Shown: one piece after another, positions 39,379 to 52,328 of the stretch
Position numbering within the stretch: position 1 is the first letter of the stretch
Layout of the letters: every line of letters starts with the position of its first letter
DNA from: Owenia fusiformis
Lineage: Eukaryota
NCBI GenBank assembly: GCA_903813345.2
Contig: CAIIXF020000001.1
Location: forward strand, 15,810,001 to 15,874,000
DNA: 64,000 nucleotides
Direction of reading: 5' to 3'
The notes under the pieces: model-generated
What the model saw: the letters and a program-made list of their open reading frames with translations, nothing else
What the model was told of the DNA's origin: nothing
Database searches by the model: none
Position numbers and translations under genes: made by a program

Positions 39379-42300
39379 TTATGTATATACATGAGTCTCT
39401 GCGCCAACGACCAGCTCACTGGAAAAAAAACGTTATTTTACTTCTGACATTTACATAATCTCTTTCTACAGAAGCAGTATAAAGTGTGTCTGTCGAATTG
39501 ATTTGACATTATTAGTACCCTTTGCATTCGTTCGACTTCGCTTCGAAAGAGCAGGGTATGTCTTTACGTCTTAAGGGAAGGTCAGAACATAGGTTTTAAG
39601 TTAGTACCTTTTGCACCATTTTGAATATTGATTCGGGGAATATAATATTATGGAGTTCAAATGTTGTATAATCATTATGCTTTTTCACCACACTGGCTCA
39701 ACTGATACGGTACCCCATTATTTATGCAGACACCACACAAATGACAATATAATCAAAATTATACTGCATCCATTCAAACTGATACTGATAGTTCTCACCT
39801 GAAGTCGATCTCTCCATCACCGTCCTTGTCCAACTCTTTGATCAAATACTCAACCTGCAGAGCAGTCAGAGGAATGCGCGCCATCTATAAAATTGAAATC
39901 AAATTATACAGTATTAAGTTGCTGAAAGTGACCTTTTCCTCATCGACATTCATATCTTCAGATTTAATTGTTAAGTTATCAAGCGTCACACAACCCATCC
40001 TAAACTCATCATATACCACACTTCAAACTTTTTTAATGTTTATAAGCCACCCTATCTATCTTCAAGCCCCTTTTTAATTTCACATGTTTTATATACGTCA
40101 CATTTCCTACCTTCAGGCCCTCTTTAAACTCTTCATACGTCACACTCATGCTGCCATCTTCATCGAATGTGCTGAACAGTTCGGCCACAGTCAATCCCTT
40201 TTCAATGATGTATTTGTGGAGGGACTCCATTGCTTCCCTCACTGGATCGTAAGTGACGAGCTTGCGTTTACCATACGAGTGTTGGTAGCCGTGAATCACT
40301 TCGAGCTCTTTGTGTTTCTTGTTGATTCGTTCGAGCCATTTTTTAAATTTATCACTGAAGAATATTATGTCCTGTAAAAATAATCAATACAAAGGTGAAT
40401 ATTTTCTGAAATTACAAAAATGTATGTTACAATGATTAGTGTTGATTGAAGAAGGATTGAGGTCTCTAGTTCGAGAGGCCATATCTGATATCTCGGACTT
40501 TATTTACATTCGTGAAAGTGTAAAATGCTTGATTTAAGCACTAGACTCAATGCTTTGTTTGTAAAATAAAGCATCATCATTGTTGAATGTTCTTACCGAA
40601 AAATCTAGTGTTGTCAATGCAATATTTGGTATACGTCTCAACAGCTGTAGACCCGTTGTGGCAGAATCATCTCTAATCATATTTTTGCCCAACTGAAAAG
40701 AAGGAAATTCGAAAATGATAATAACTACCATTATACATATGAATAAAATAATATAAAAATTCTGAATAGGCAATATTAATTGGTCGGAATTTATGACAAA
40801 AAAACTGTGTCGAAGGAATCGATCAACTAGTAACTACGCTCTGACTTATGATCTCAACAAAAGAAAGCTCTAGTTATATTTTAACATAGCAATGATTTTA
40901 CAAGATTTTCATACGATGGTATTGAATATTGAAAGTGTAAAATGTCATGTTCGGATTATCATTATTTTCATATTTTGATAATGACATGTATGTTTTCGTA
41001 TTATCTTCTATAATGAATAATTTGATCTGTTTATATATCCTCACACCAAACATCCGGTTGTACGTAAACTATTAGTATTTGTCAATGAATTATTCTATAG
41101 TTTCCATGACCACAAAATTAAAAATTATCATAACACCATTTTATTATCAGGACACATACCTTAAGAACCTTAAGTGAATCATTTTGTGCAAAATCTTGGA
41201 TAAGTAGCAGAAATCCTTCACAAGTGATTCTATTGCACGAGAGATCTAACTCGACAAGGGAGGCATTCTTAGTCAAAGCTACCCCCATAGCCTCAGCACC
41301 ATCATCACCAAATCCGTTCCATGCCAGGTTGAGCCTCTTTAGTCTTATATTTTCCTGCAATATTAATTTTCCTTTAATGGCAAAGACGTTGAGATATGAA
41401 ACCGTCCACATGACCATTCTATGTTAAATGGCTATACATATAACTGTCTAGTAATTGTATATTCATACGATGTACCAACCTTGACTCCCTTGCATATTGC
41501 AACTGCCCCCTTAGTTCTAATGTTGTTCCAGCTCAAGTCTAGCTCTTCAAGAACATCATTTTCAGCTGCAACATAAACACTTTCAAGTTTAATTCTAAAT
41601 CATCAATTAGCTGCAATTTTAACCATTCATAGATCTGTTTTGTATAATAAACGTCATCAATATATAATTTGTATATAATATAAATCATCCATAGATCTAT
41701 TTTGTTTATTTGGGTTTAGTTTGATGAACTGAGGAAGGTTATTCTTTTAGCCTCGTGTCTTTTAGCCTCTACTGTTCCTTGAAGTAATAGTGCTTACTTC
41801 TATAACAAGGGCATTTATCTGTCGCACTTGATAATGATTTCTTATAATTACCTATCACAGATTTGAAAGTAATCCCACCCTGTACTGCAAAGTTGTTGTG
41901 ACTTAAATCCAATACTTTTAATCTGGCATTTTCCTGCAATTAAAATGAATAAAACATCCATAAACTATCCATTGTGAATAAAAATGTCAAAATGCCCTTT
42001 GTTAATTAAACTTTGCATTTCGTTATTTTTCTCGACATGGTCGAAACTGATTAACTATGGTGTGCCTCGGGGATCAGTTTAGCCCCTTTGCTTTTCATAT
42101 TAATCTTTTGATATAAATCTCTCTAAAACATTGATAGTGTACGTTTATGCTTGACTGATTATGTATATAACCGATTTTGGTCTACAAGTGACACCTAAAT
42201 GGGTACCTTACCTCGATGGCACTGGCCATTATTTCGGCATCCTTATCTTCGAACCCATTGTTGGAAATATTCAGCCGGGCAAGATGTACGTTAAACTTCA

Positions 42301-45300
42301 GAAATGAAGCGATCACGTTGGCACCTGTTGTTCTTATATTATTCTCCGATATATCCTAGAAAAATAAATATCCGAAAATTAAACGTTTGTTATGTTAAAA
42401 TATCTCCGCAGACAATATCATTTTGGAGATTTCCGAGATCCAATAACAGTTTTTCATTGTTGACAAGAATGTTAATCTCATTTGATCGCATAAGTGTACG
42501 AAACATTGAACCTAGGATGAAGAATTTTTTCATCCTAGATTGAACTCATGACCATAGTTATGGAATAGGTGTTTTTTATAAGCTAACGTGGCCTTTTTTG
42601 TTCCAGTTCTTGGCACTTACTAGATCAGTGATGGTTGTATTCTCACACATCATCCTGCCTATCTCCTCTATCCCTCTCTCCTCTAGACAGTTGTTCTTCA
42701 GGTTTAAGGTTGTTATGTTATTATTAATCTGAAATGTATGAAGGAATGCTTGTTTTTGGACATTGATTCAACCACCCAAATTATATATTTTTGAGAGTTA
42801 TCTGTGGAGCAAAACTATCTTCTTTCTCTATCTGCTTCTCAAAGAATCGATAGCAGATATTTCTGTAGCTTGTATATACATTCTGATTCATGAGATGACA
42901 AACAAACGTACCACCAGCGGTATTGCCATTGCTCTTGCTCCCTTTGGTCCCATTCCATAATGTTTGATGTCGATTTCTTCTTCAAACGGCAGAGCCTTCA
43001 GGACGCCCGATGCCGGGACGACGTTATACCTTTTGCAGGCGTTATCATAAGCCGTCTTCCCCGTGTCATCATAACGGTAGGCCTTTTCTGGATATGGAAA
43101 TTAGATTCATCAGTTTTGATAAGGAGTTCTAATTGTGGAATCGAGTTAATTATAGCGTGGTCATTGGACACCTAGTTTTATCAGATGAAATTACTTTAGA
43201 ATAGAAACTATAAATAGCCACAAAATGTATTGAATATATTTATTTCAGCTATGCTCTTGAAAATACTTCCTGACATGAAATTATTGAATCAATGGATATC
43301 CTATGAATACGAATGGTGGGGAATGAAAAATGGACATTTGATCGATGTCTTTATTCCATAAACTACAGTAACTGTGCCAATTATTTTTAAAGGGCAAAGG
43401 AAAAATCCGGAAAGATCCGGAAAAACAGGTAAAACATTGAGCAATACCTGGATTAAATGTAATTTGTCGAATGTGTTCCCCTCTACGTAAAAATAACTCT
43501 TCCTTTAATCGGTTAATATTCAACCAGTAACATATTTGGGGACCATAGCCCCCAGGGTACCATCATTTCTTTGGCTTACGGATAACTCACCCCTTAGACA
43601 ACTAATCCCCTAGACAACTCATCCCCTGAACAATTCATCCCCTAGACAACTCATCCCCAAGGCAACAATTCCTCTTAACAATTCGTTCCTTAGACAACTC
43701 ATCCCCTAGCCAAGCCATCCCCTTAACAACTCATCTCCTATACAACTCATCCCCTAGCCAACTCATCCCCTGGACAACTCATCCCCGTTTGTCAGAAACA
43801 CAACACCAAGCTTGTAATTACATTTCTTTGAATCAATATCAGTTTCTGTACATCTAAGTCCGTGGTTATAATAGGAGTGAACACTTTCACCAGGCAATAG
43901 CTTGAAATATCGGGGAACACCTGTTTTTTGCATATATGATCATCCTCAATGGAAATTAATTACAATAAACAGAGTAGACGCGATGTGTTGTATACAGGTT
44001 GTACTAAATTGTACTGTACTGTGTCGTGTTGTGCTGTTTACGGTGTTGCGCCGTGTTGTGTTGTGCTGTGTTTTGTTGTGCTGTATTCGTTCAATGCTAA
44101 ATGTCCTAGACAGTTGCGTTGAGTTGTACTGTAATGTGATGCAATGTAATTGTATCGAATTATATTGTATTTTAGTGTTTATATTGTATTGTTTTGTACT
44201 GTATTATGATAATTGCGTTATGCCCTTATTTTTTGATATACTGTGACTTAAAATGTTGCATACCGTTATCGTATTGTGGTACTATCTCGTGCTATGGTTT
44301 GCAATGACTTGGCGTATTATGATGGCTTTTGTTTCGTCCCATTGTGGTGTGGTGTGTTGTCTTTTGCTTTACTGAGTTGTGCTATGCTGTTTTTCGTGTG
44401 TACACTGTAATGTGGCTGTTTTTATGGATTGCTCTGGTGTATCATGGGTTGTCGTCTGTCGTCTTGCCTTTGTTGGTTGTATAACATAATTTGTTAGTAC
44501 CTCAGTTGAAATACTCGATTTTGATTGGTCAACGAGCGGTGAATAATTTTAACTGTACACCGCGCAATGCATTGCCGGTGAATAATATTCCCAGCATTCC
44601 ACTAAAATGACGTCATTATCAGACGATAAAATGGCCGCCGCTAGCACTAGCCGTTTCAAAAATGTTGAAGATGAGGATATTATTAGTCTCTTAGAGAGTA
44701 AAGACAGTCAAAATACGAAGAAAAATCTAAAACTTTGTACAAAGCTTTTAGTGGACTTCGCCCAGGAGAGTAATTTGACTCCATTGAGTGAACTTACTGC
44801 CGATATACTGAAATACAACATGAACGTCTCGAGGGTCTGGATCCAACTTCAAGTCAACTTCAAGGGTCAGAAAAATCTAAGATATTCTTCGGACTAACAA
44901 AACAATTATAGACCTCTCCATTCGGTTTACTGTCAAAATTATATCCCTCGACTGTAAACCTTGACCTACGGTCTCGGTTTACAGTCTCGGGATATAATTT
45001 TGAAAGTAAACCTCTGGAGAGGTCAATAATTGTATATTGTAATAATACTGTTTACCTATCTGTTTTAATAGACCTTATCTACCTGAATTACCAATACCTG
45101 AATGAAGATCACATACCTGATATATCCAGTACAGTATCAAGGTCAGCTTCTCTCTCCCGATTCTGACCAGCTGTCAACGACCTTCTTGAAAAACGTGTGG
45201 AGCTGGATGTACCCTTCTTGGAGGGCTTCACGTCTAAGTAACTCGCCTTGCTGTTTCTGTCTTTCTCCGCTAAGAAGTCATCAATGTATTCCTTTTCCCC

Positions 45301-46584
45301 ATTCCCCAATGTACCAGTGCCACCTGCCTGAGGGAAAGAATAAATATGCGCATAATTTTTGTATGTTTTTAATTTTGCAGTTCTTGTCAACTGTGCGTCG
45401 GTTGTCTTGGGCCTGGGCTTTGTTTTATTATCATTCTGTTGTTCACCATCGTGTAAACTTACTTCATCACTATGATTTGGCATGGGGACTTTAGTGAATA
45501 ATTCATCGTTCTTTTCATGAATAGCAATGCTATCATCATTATCCTCATCAATTCCAGGTTCGGGAGTGGGATAGCTTGATTCATTTGAGTCATTAGAAAC
45601 TGGCGTATCTGTTATCTCGGGAGATGGTTTGTTGGTCTCAGAGCACTCAGTAACTCTGGATATTGCCTCCTCTCTGGCACTATTGTCCCCAACACAATCA
45701 TGATCTCTCAGAGTTTCAAGATCTGTGGAGCTGCTACAGATACTACATGCCAGAGACGTGCAGCTACCATAATGGTTATAGTCCTTACCTATTGTATTCT
45801 TCGTTCTTATAGAATACATCACACCTGTCTTTTTGCGTTCAAAAGAATATCTCCATTATGTTAATCCAAAAAGTTCTAATATCAAAATGGCATGTTGAGA
45901 AAGAAATTCTCAGGTTAATTGTATTCAAATGTATTCCTAGTTACAATAAATTATTAGGTGGAATAAATCCATAGATGCCAAATCAATCTGAACGATTAAG
46001 GTTTTAAGAAAGCTCAACAAGAAAACCTATACTGTATAAATTCTTCAAGCTTGTACTTCACTAATCCGAAAATCTTTCAATTCAAGGTTTTGTTGTTAAA
46101 TAAGGTAGCTAAAGATGTTATTTTAAAGGATCTTCATTCATACATGAATGTTCAATTTGTGGAAAATTCTCTTGAAAGGACTGTTAAAAATATTGATCGG
46201 CTCGATCACCGAAACGTCAAGTGGATGGACCATTTCATAAATAATGTACGTTCAAACAAAAGATCTCAAAAGGCAATCGGACTCCAACACCCAAGTGTTC
46301 TGATCAATTATGATGGATTGATGGACACACATTTCTTATTTTCTAAAGTATTAATTATTCAATATTAATCGAATTAATTTTATTGGAACATATTGTTTCA
46401 AAAACATTCTTAAAAAATTCCCAAACTGATGGAAATCTTAAATCATGCATATGTACTAATTTAAATCAAAAAGTAAAAAATATTTGATTCATACCTTATC
46501 GCTTCCATAGAGTGATTTTACAGAACCCACTAAGCTCGTGTTCTTGCTTCCAGTCACCTTAAGTGTCGGATTCGACACTTCCAT
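39379..46584 (-). CDS. LRRC74A: LRRC74-like protein (RI-type leucine-rich repeats plus C-terminal EF-hand pair)
   Basis: Exons 46584-46495 (tentative), ~45823-45117 (5' boundary uncertain), 43087-42912, 42728-42621, 42355-42212, 41933-41852, 41565-41480, 41354-41160, 40692-40597, 40371-40111, 39884-39799, 39418-39379, phase-compatible from 45117 on. LDLSWN/LNLAWNGFG repeats; EF loops DEDGSMSVTYEE and DKDGDGEIDFSE. Confidence 0.8.
43580..43787 (+). repeat. 16-17-bp minisatellite ACAACTCATCCCCTAG
   Basis: About 12 tandem copies. Confidence 0.85.
43980..44470 (+). repeat. Degenerate (TTGTR)n pentamer microsatellite
   Basis: TGTTG/TGTAT periodicity; explains the Cys/Val ORF 43902..44246. Confidence 0.75.
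44477..45036 (+). mobile_element. Non-autonomous Crypton-like element with remnant N-terminal ORF and terminal long hairpin
   Basis: MAAASTSRFKNVEDEDIISLLESKDSQNTKK resembles N-termini of DUF3504/Crypton tyrosine-recombinase proteins; ~125-nt fold-back at 44905-45030; TTGTATA at both ends. Confidence 0.55.
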
Positions 46585-47785
46585 GTTCGATTTAACAATT
46601 GTGTTTATCAAACTTGTGCCTTCTATTCAGATCTCGTCATGTTTTCAAGGCAATGCCCATTAATCAACACACAATGGCAGACAATAATCAGTTGTGAGGA
46701 AACAACGAATAACTAAAGTCATATAGAATCCCAAACATTCCAAATGTGGGAACAATTTTATATATTGTAGGTTAGATTCAATTTCGGCATGTATTATTGA
46801 AATAGTATTTAACGAGATTAACCTAAAGTTGATCGTATTTAAAAATGTGCAAAACAATGAGCTTTGTATGGTAAGGTACTTATCCATTTCAAGCCAATTG
46901 GTATAGGGGTATCTTACAATAGGGTAACTTAGTTGTCAAGGATTAATAATTGCCAAATCTTATCAAAATCAACCAATGATAGGTAAATATATATTTAAAT
47001 TTTCTTTAAAAGTGTGCAATAAGAAACATGAGATTGTTACAACCCAAGTATAGTATAAACTAAAACAATAACACATACAGGTATAAATAAAATAAATTCG
47101 TTTTATTTGATCATGTGCTTCTAGGATTGATCAAATTAGATAATAAGCAATAATGACTAATACTTTTGTAAAGTCAGCAGTTTTACCACCAAAGCCATAG
47201 AGAAAACACCAGTCATACGAGGGTTGATCATGAACTTCTCATAATATCTCTCTAATTTCTTTCCTTGATATTCTAATGCATCCAGCAAAAATATATTGAA
47301 TAACAGGAATATTTATTGATGTAAATAAAAAAATGTGTTATAATGCCTCACATTAACCATGTTTAAATACATGAGAAGTTTCTAAATAAGATACTAGTAC
47401 CAAATAATCAAATGTCAAATAATGTGTTGTTTTAACTATATGCAATGAAGATGGGAATTTTGTGATGTCATAAACGTTGTTTGTTTTATTAGGAGGCCCC
47501 ATCGGGGGGCCTCCTATCAATTTTGTAGATATTATTCTTTATTATTATTATTCTTTATTATTTATTCTTCCTCCCTCTTTTTCTCCTACTTCCAACTACC
47601 TTTCAACTAGGTACTACATAGTCCTACTAGGGACCTGGGCTGAACTTGGCGGGAAAGGAATTTTTATCTAGGTCAAGGTCAAAGGTCAAAATCTAGGTCA
47701 AATCTTAGTTTTTTTCAAGTTTCTCAAATCCTGACACTACACTTAAATATTTTTGGCTCATATCGAGATTTTAGCGTCATTTTAC

Positions 47786-47882
47786 CACGTGCTTTTAAAC
47801 CTATTGTTATTGTCACGTGATTCCGCTGATCCAATAGCGTTACAGTAATCGAGTACTAAAACGTCCGCGCGAGGTTTTATAA
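47786..47882 (+). promoter_or_regulatory. Probable Pol II promoter of the chromodomain gene
   Basis: Two CACGTG boxes (47786, 47814), CCAAT (47831) and TATA-like TTTTATAAG (~47875-83), ~40 nt upstream of ATG 47919. Confidence 0.5.
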
Positions 47883-47918
47883 GTCGCGCCAAATCTTGTT
47901 TACAGTGTAAACCAGATC

Positions 47919-50107
47919 ATGAAAACAAGAGGAGTGCGAGTAGATTTCCTGTCTTATTTTCAAAACAAAGCGGATATTAGGCCCAGTAAAATTAAATTAT
48001 TATCCTACTCTGATGAGTACGATGTAGATCGTATCATAACAAAGGTAAGTTATGTCACGTTTCTTTGATGAATGGTACATTTCATTCAGATTTATGAGAT
48101 TGAAATCAAACACAGAATTGGACTTGAAGTTGAAATGATGCAGAAATCATTCAAATCATAATTTGACAGTTGATAAAATAGAATTAGATTTAGCCGCATA
48201 CAGTTTGGACGATAAATAAATGATAAACAATGGATGGTGGTTTGAAAGTCTATAGTTTGCAATCGTCTACGTCTGGCTATCCACTATATTTTACATTTTG
48301 TATACTCTCATCTAGGCTATTGATGTATGGTTGGCCTCTTCAGTGAAAATTCCCAATTATTTTTAACATGTGAAATCCTTACTTCAGCAAATCCACAATT
48401 TATTATTTATCGTTCGAACTATACTAGTATATAGGTAGATTGGCGCCCCAGGAATCTGTGCATTGTTCATTTAGCTTAGCATTCATCAATGAAATCGTGT
48501 AGCCCACCTTTGACAAATAGTCTGGTTTTCCTTTTTCAGTCAACTAGTAAAGGTTATCTAGTAAAGTGGAAGGGATTCAGCCTTTGGGATAGTACGTGGG
48601 AGCCCTTAAACAGCAGATGCTCCAGCACATTTGAATACATATACAGGTATACATTCGACCTCCATATGATTTTACATAAACATTGTCAAAGCCCATTATG
48701 AGACTTTTTAACAGTTTCAATTCAGTCTGAATTAATATTTTTCTGCAAAGTTTTGGCGAGCCAGTTGCCTCGCATACATAGGCCTATTGTATACCCAATA
48801 GCCACTGTCATAGAGTCAAGTTGTTTGTCCAGTGCCCGTCCAGTGGCATCAAATCAGACTTGAAATTGTTTGGAAGCAATATTTTCAAAAAGCAACTTTG
48901 TTAATGTTTGTAATGATCCAAATGAATTAGGCCTTCAGTTGAGATGTCTAATGGAAAACTTTAATGAATTAATAATTGATTAATTAAGTGCCTACCAAAG
49001 AAAACAGCCTCAGATATCTAAAAAAATTTTAATGTCAGGTGATTGGTACAGGTTCTCCGAGCGTTGATCGAAGATATACATGTCAAAGTTTACTCTATCG
49101 ATATGTGAACCTTACGTTCGATATGTTTCAGATACCCAGTTGTAAACAACGAACTTATCCAATCAAACACAGACAACCTACTTTTTGTTATAAGGGAGAG
49201 GCTAGGCAAAAGGACGGGGAGGTGTGGCCTTGTGGCATTTCGACACGATGTGTTTCGTCATTTGTTTGGACGTAAGTAAAGATCAAAATATAGAAGTGTA
49301 CGGATACAATATACTGTAAACCCAGAAACGAAACATACAGTATTGGGAATAGCTAATTGGGAATCAACTCAATTCTTTTATAATTTAGAACTAGACGGCT
49401 GTAATTAATAATACTGACCACCCAGATAATTACATATATTCTTTGTACAATATTCATATTAATTGTATAATGCAACATACTAGTATATCTCATCGTGTTC
49501 GTCACATTATTCAGTACATTGGACAGTCCCTGGCCATGAATTCATCCAGGACATAAGTACCCTTCTTAAATGAATTTTATTCTTCGAAACCCTTGCCTAT
49601 TTTTGAATAGTATGGCAATCATAGGCATTACATTTATGGATCATCAGCTTAATAAAAAAGTATACAGTCAGTTTGCCCAATACAACTGAGGGCCGCACAA
49701 CCTATAAGATATTGAACTCTGTCTTGACATTACCTACAGTATGTCAAATTGATCTCTATGTTAACATCATCAATATGGCATTGATCTTTGTGTTAACATC
49801 ATATATATAACAATGGATCTCCATGTTAACATCATATTCACCTATCTATATAACATACTAAAGTGTAATGTATATTAAATACAATTTTGTTTTAATTCCA
49901 GTGGAGAAAACCAGGCTGTTCAGCAGAGAGGATTTTGAACATTTGAACTTTCCAGATTGCTGGGACCAGTTTAAAGGTGAACGGTCCGGACGCAAGATTA
50001 GCTTTCCAATGAGAATGACTTTAAAAGTGAAATTTTGTAAGGGACATCCTATGCCATATGAAGCAATTGACATTGAATTCGTCACAGAAAGATTTTCTAC
50101 TATCTAG
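47919..50107 (+). CDS. Chromodomain protein, 192 aa, 4 exons
   Basis: Exons 47919-48044, 48540-48646, 49132-49271, 49902-50107 (579 nt, GT/AG, in frame): ...DEYDVDRIITK-STSKGYLVKWKGFSLWDSTWEP..., then an unknown C-terminal domain (FRHDVFRHLFG...FPDCWDQF). Confidence 0.8.
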
Positions 50108-50147
50108 TTTACAAGTTTATCAGTAGAGAATTATGAATCCATCATAG

Positions 50148-52328
50148 TTGTCATTATTATCTCAAACTCAAACGCTAATTTTAATTATGGTCACAGTTGA
50201 GGTTATACATGGCAAGGGCCAGTCAAGTTTTCTTCTAACAAACTTTGAGCTTTGCCAAATAAAAATGGAAGAAGATTCAAACGAAAAACTCAATATGATT
50301 GACATAATAAATAATAATCTCCCAAAATCATGCGTTAAAATCAACCCCATGTCGGAAAGACTCCTGGCTAATCTTAGATTACGGGCAATGGTTGCGAAGT
50401 CAGAAATACGCAAATCCTCTGGAAGAGGAAAATATGCCATAAGCAGGAAAGTTAAAGAAATTATCGTCTTTGATTCGGAATTCGAGAATATCGCAGAGCT
50501 TTATAGTGAAATAGTCAATGAAAAGAAAAAAATGAAAGATATGAACATCTTTATGAAAGTTATATTGTCCGAAAAAGACGAACTCCAAAACAATTTCGAT
50601 CGCCTTATAACTGCACTTGACATAAAAGAAAACAAAGGTAAAAAGATAAACAACGTTAACTCTGCTACCAACCGGTTCAAGAAACAAATAATCATAGAAA
50701 ATTGCAGGAAAGCTCTGTGGTTTACTGAGTCATTTGGACTTACGGTCGATCGGGTACAGTGTTTAGACCAATCGGGTAATGAGTACACTCTAAGGCTAAT
50801 TTCTCAAAAAACGTATGAAACCTTAACCGAAAATGAAAAAGATGGTCTCAGGGGCTTATTACATGTCCTGGACAGATTTGGTATTTCTGATCATGCGTAT
50901 CATGAACTGTCAATGCATTTCCCGGAGATCACAAAGGTGCGTGTAGTCAAAAATATGCGGACAGAGTTGAACGACACAATCGTAATTAACGAGACACCAG
51001 GGGACCTCGCAGGAGCACAACTTAACTTTCAGGACACACTGACGAAATTGATCGATTCAAAATATGCAAAAAACTACGAACTGAGCTCCTCAACCGTGCC
51101 CGTTAGAATTAAATGGTCGTGCGATGGCGCAAAAGTTTCCAACAACAAAAACTTTATCATCGTAAATGTAGGACTTCTAGATCACGACATCATGTCTTTG
51201 GAGGGGAATGAAACTATAGCTATAGTAGAGGGGCCAGAAACGTACCAAACGCTTAAAATATCCCTTGCCGATCTATTTCGCGAAATCAATACACTTGAAA
51301 AAACAAAAGAATTCATATCTTCATCTGGCAGGGTTTATAAGACTGCACTTTTTCTAGGCGGTGATATGAAATTCCTGCTCCAAGTATTAGGTCTCAACGC
51401 CGCTAATGCGAAGTATGCGTGTTTCTCTTGTCCGGCAAGCAAGACTGATTTTTTAGACATGACATTGCCAGAGGAATTCTGGGATAACAAGATGCGAGAC
51501 GTGAACTCTCTTGCTGAACTTTCAAAGAAAAGGGCAATGGGAAGCATAGCTGAACCCCTTCTTTTGATCCCTATTGAGAGAGTAATGATGTGCGAACTTC
51601 ACTTACTGCTTAGAGTAATCGATATTTTGCTTAGAAATCTCATAATGGATGCCCTCAGCGTGGATGAAAAGGTACGTATTCTCGAAGGTCGTGGAAAGAG
51701 CACAAATTTGATCGGTGATACTACGAAAAATCTTGTTACAGTAATACAATCATGCGGGGTCTCTTTCAATATTTGGCCTAAAACCTCAAAATCAGAATCT
51801 AAAGGAGACCAGAAGACAGCCCTCGACTGGACAAGCCTGACAGGCAATCAGGTTAAAGTACTACTTCGAACATTGCCAACGAAACTCGAGCAATCCGATA
51901 TAAAGATCAGTGAAAAAATCCACATAATATCGCTTTGGAAAAAATTTGGGAATCTGTACTTTAATGTGATCAGTAATCGTTATCCAGCGGAGGAACAGGT
52001 TGTCAATTTTTTCGTGAATGCGCGAAGTTGGGCAAAGGAATTCTTAGGCCTCCAATCTAAACTAGAAGGTTACGATAGAGTAACACCTTACATCCACTGT
52101 TTGGTGTACCATACGCCTCGTGTTATTAAAAGGTATGGTAGCCTTAAAATCTTTACAGGGCAGGGTGTAGAAAAGTCCAATGATGATATCAAATCACTCT
52201 ATCATAGGAAAACCCAAAAACATAAACCATCCGTAGAAGCGCTACGTGTACGAACAAGGAAATCAATGACTGCACCATACGCTAGGAAGACGCGCAGATG
52301 GAAAAAACAAAAGCCCAAGTATAACTGA
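50148..52328 (+). CDS. RAG1/Transib-like DDE transposase, intact ORF (true start uncertain)
   Basis: KWSCDG (cf. RAG1 KESCDG, D600), GGDMK (GYDEK, D708), YACFSC (YICTLC), ELH (ALH), TPYIHCLVYH (TNYFHKTLAH), QGVEKSN (EGNESGN, E962), in the correct order. Confidence 0.85.
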   Translation: MSLLSQTQTLILIMVTVEVIHGKGQSSFLLTNFELCQIKMEEDSNEKLNMIDIINNNLPKSCVKINPMSERLLANLRLRAMVAKSEIRKSSGRGKYAISRKVKEIIVFDSEFENIAELYSEIVNEKKKMKDMNIFMKVILSEKDELQNNFDRLITALDIKENKGKKINNVNSATNRFKKQIIIENCRKALWFTESFGLTVDRVQCLDQSGNEYTLRLISQKTYETLTENEKDGLRGLLHVLDRFGISDHAYHELSMHFPEITKVRVVKNMRTELNDTIVINETPGDLAGAQLNFQDTLTKLIDSKYAKNYELSSSTVPVRIKWSCDGAKVSNNKNFIIVNVGLLDHDIMSLEGNETIAIVEGPETYQTLKISLADLFREINTLEKTKEFISSSGRVYKTALFLGGDMKFLLQVLGLNAANAKYACFSCPASKTDFLDMTLPEEFWDNKMRDVNSLAELSKKRAMGSIAEPLLLIPIERVMMCELHLLLRVIDILLRNLIMDALSVDEKVRILEGRGKSTNLIGDTTKNLVTVIQSCGVSFNIWPKTSKSESKGDQKTALDWTSLTGNQVKVLLRTLPTKLEQSDIKISEKIHIISLWKKFGNLYFNVISNRYPAEEQVVNFFVNARSWAKEFLGLQSKLEGYDRVTPYIHCLVYHTPRVIKRYGSLKIFTGQGVEKSNDDIKSLYHRKTQKHKPSVEALRVRTRKSMTAPYARKTRRWKKQKPKYN

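Noticed and set aside
43902-44246. Cys-rich protein ORF
   Set aside because: Degenerate pentanucleotide microsatellite within an intron.
50168-51847. Antisense ORFs within the transposase, and similar ones within GT92 and GRHL
   Set aside because: Shadow ORFs with no independent coding features.
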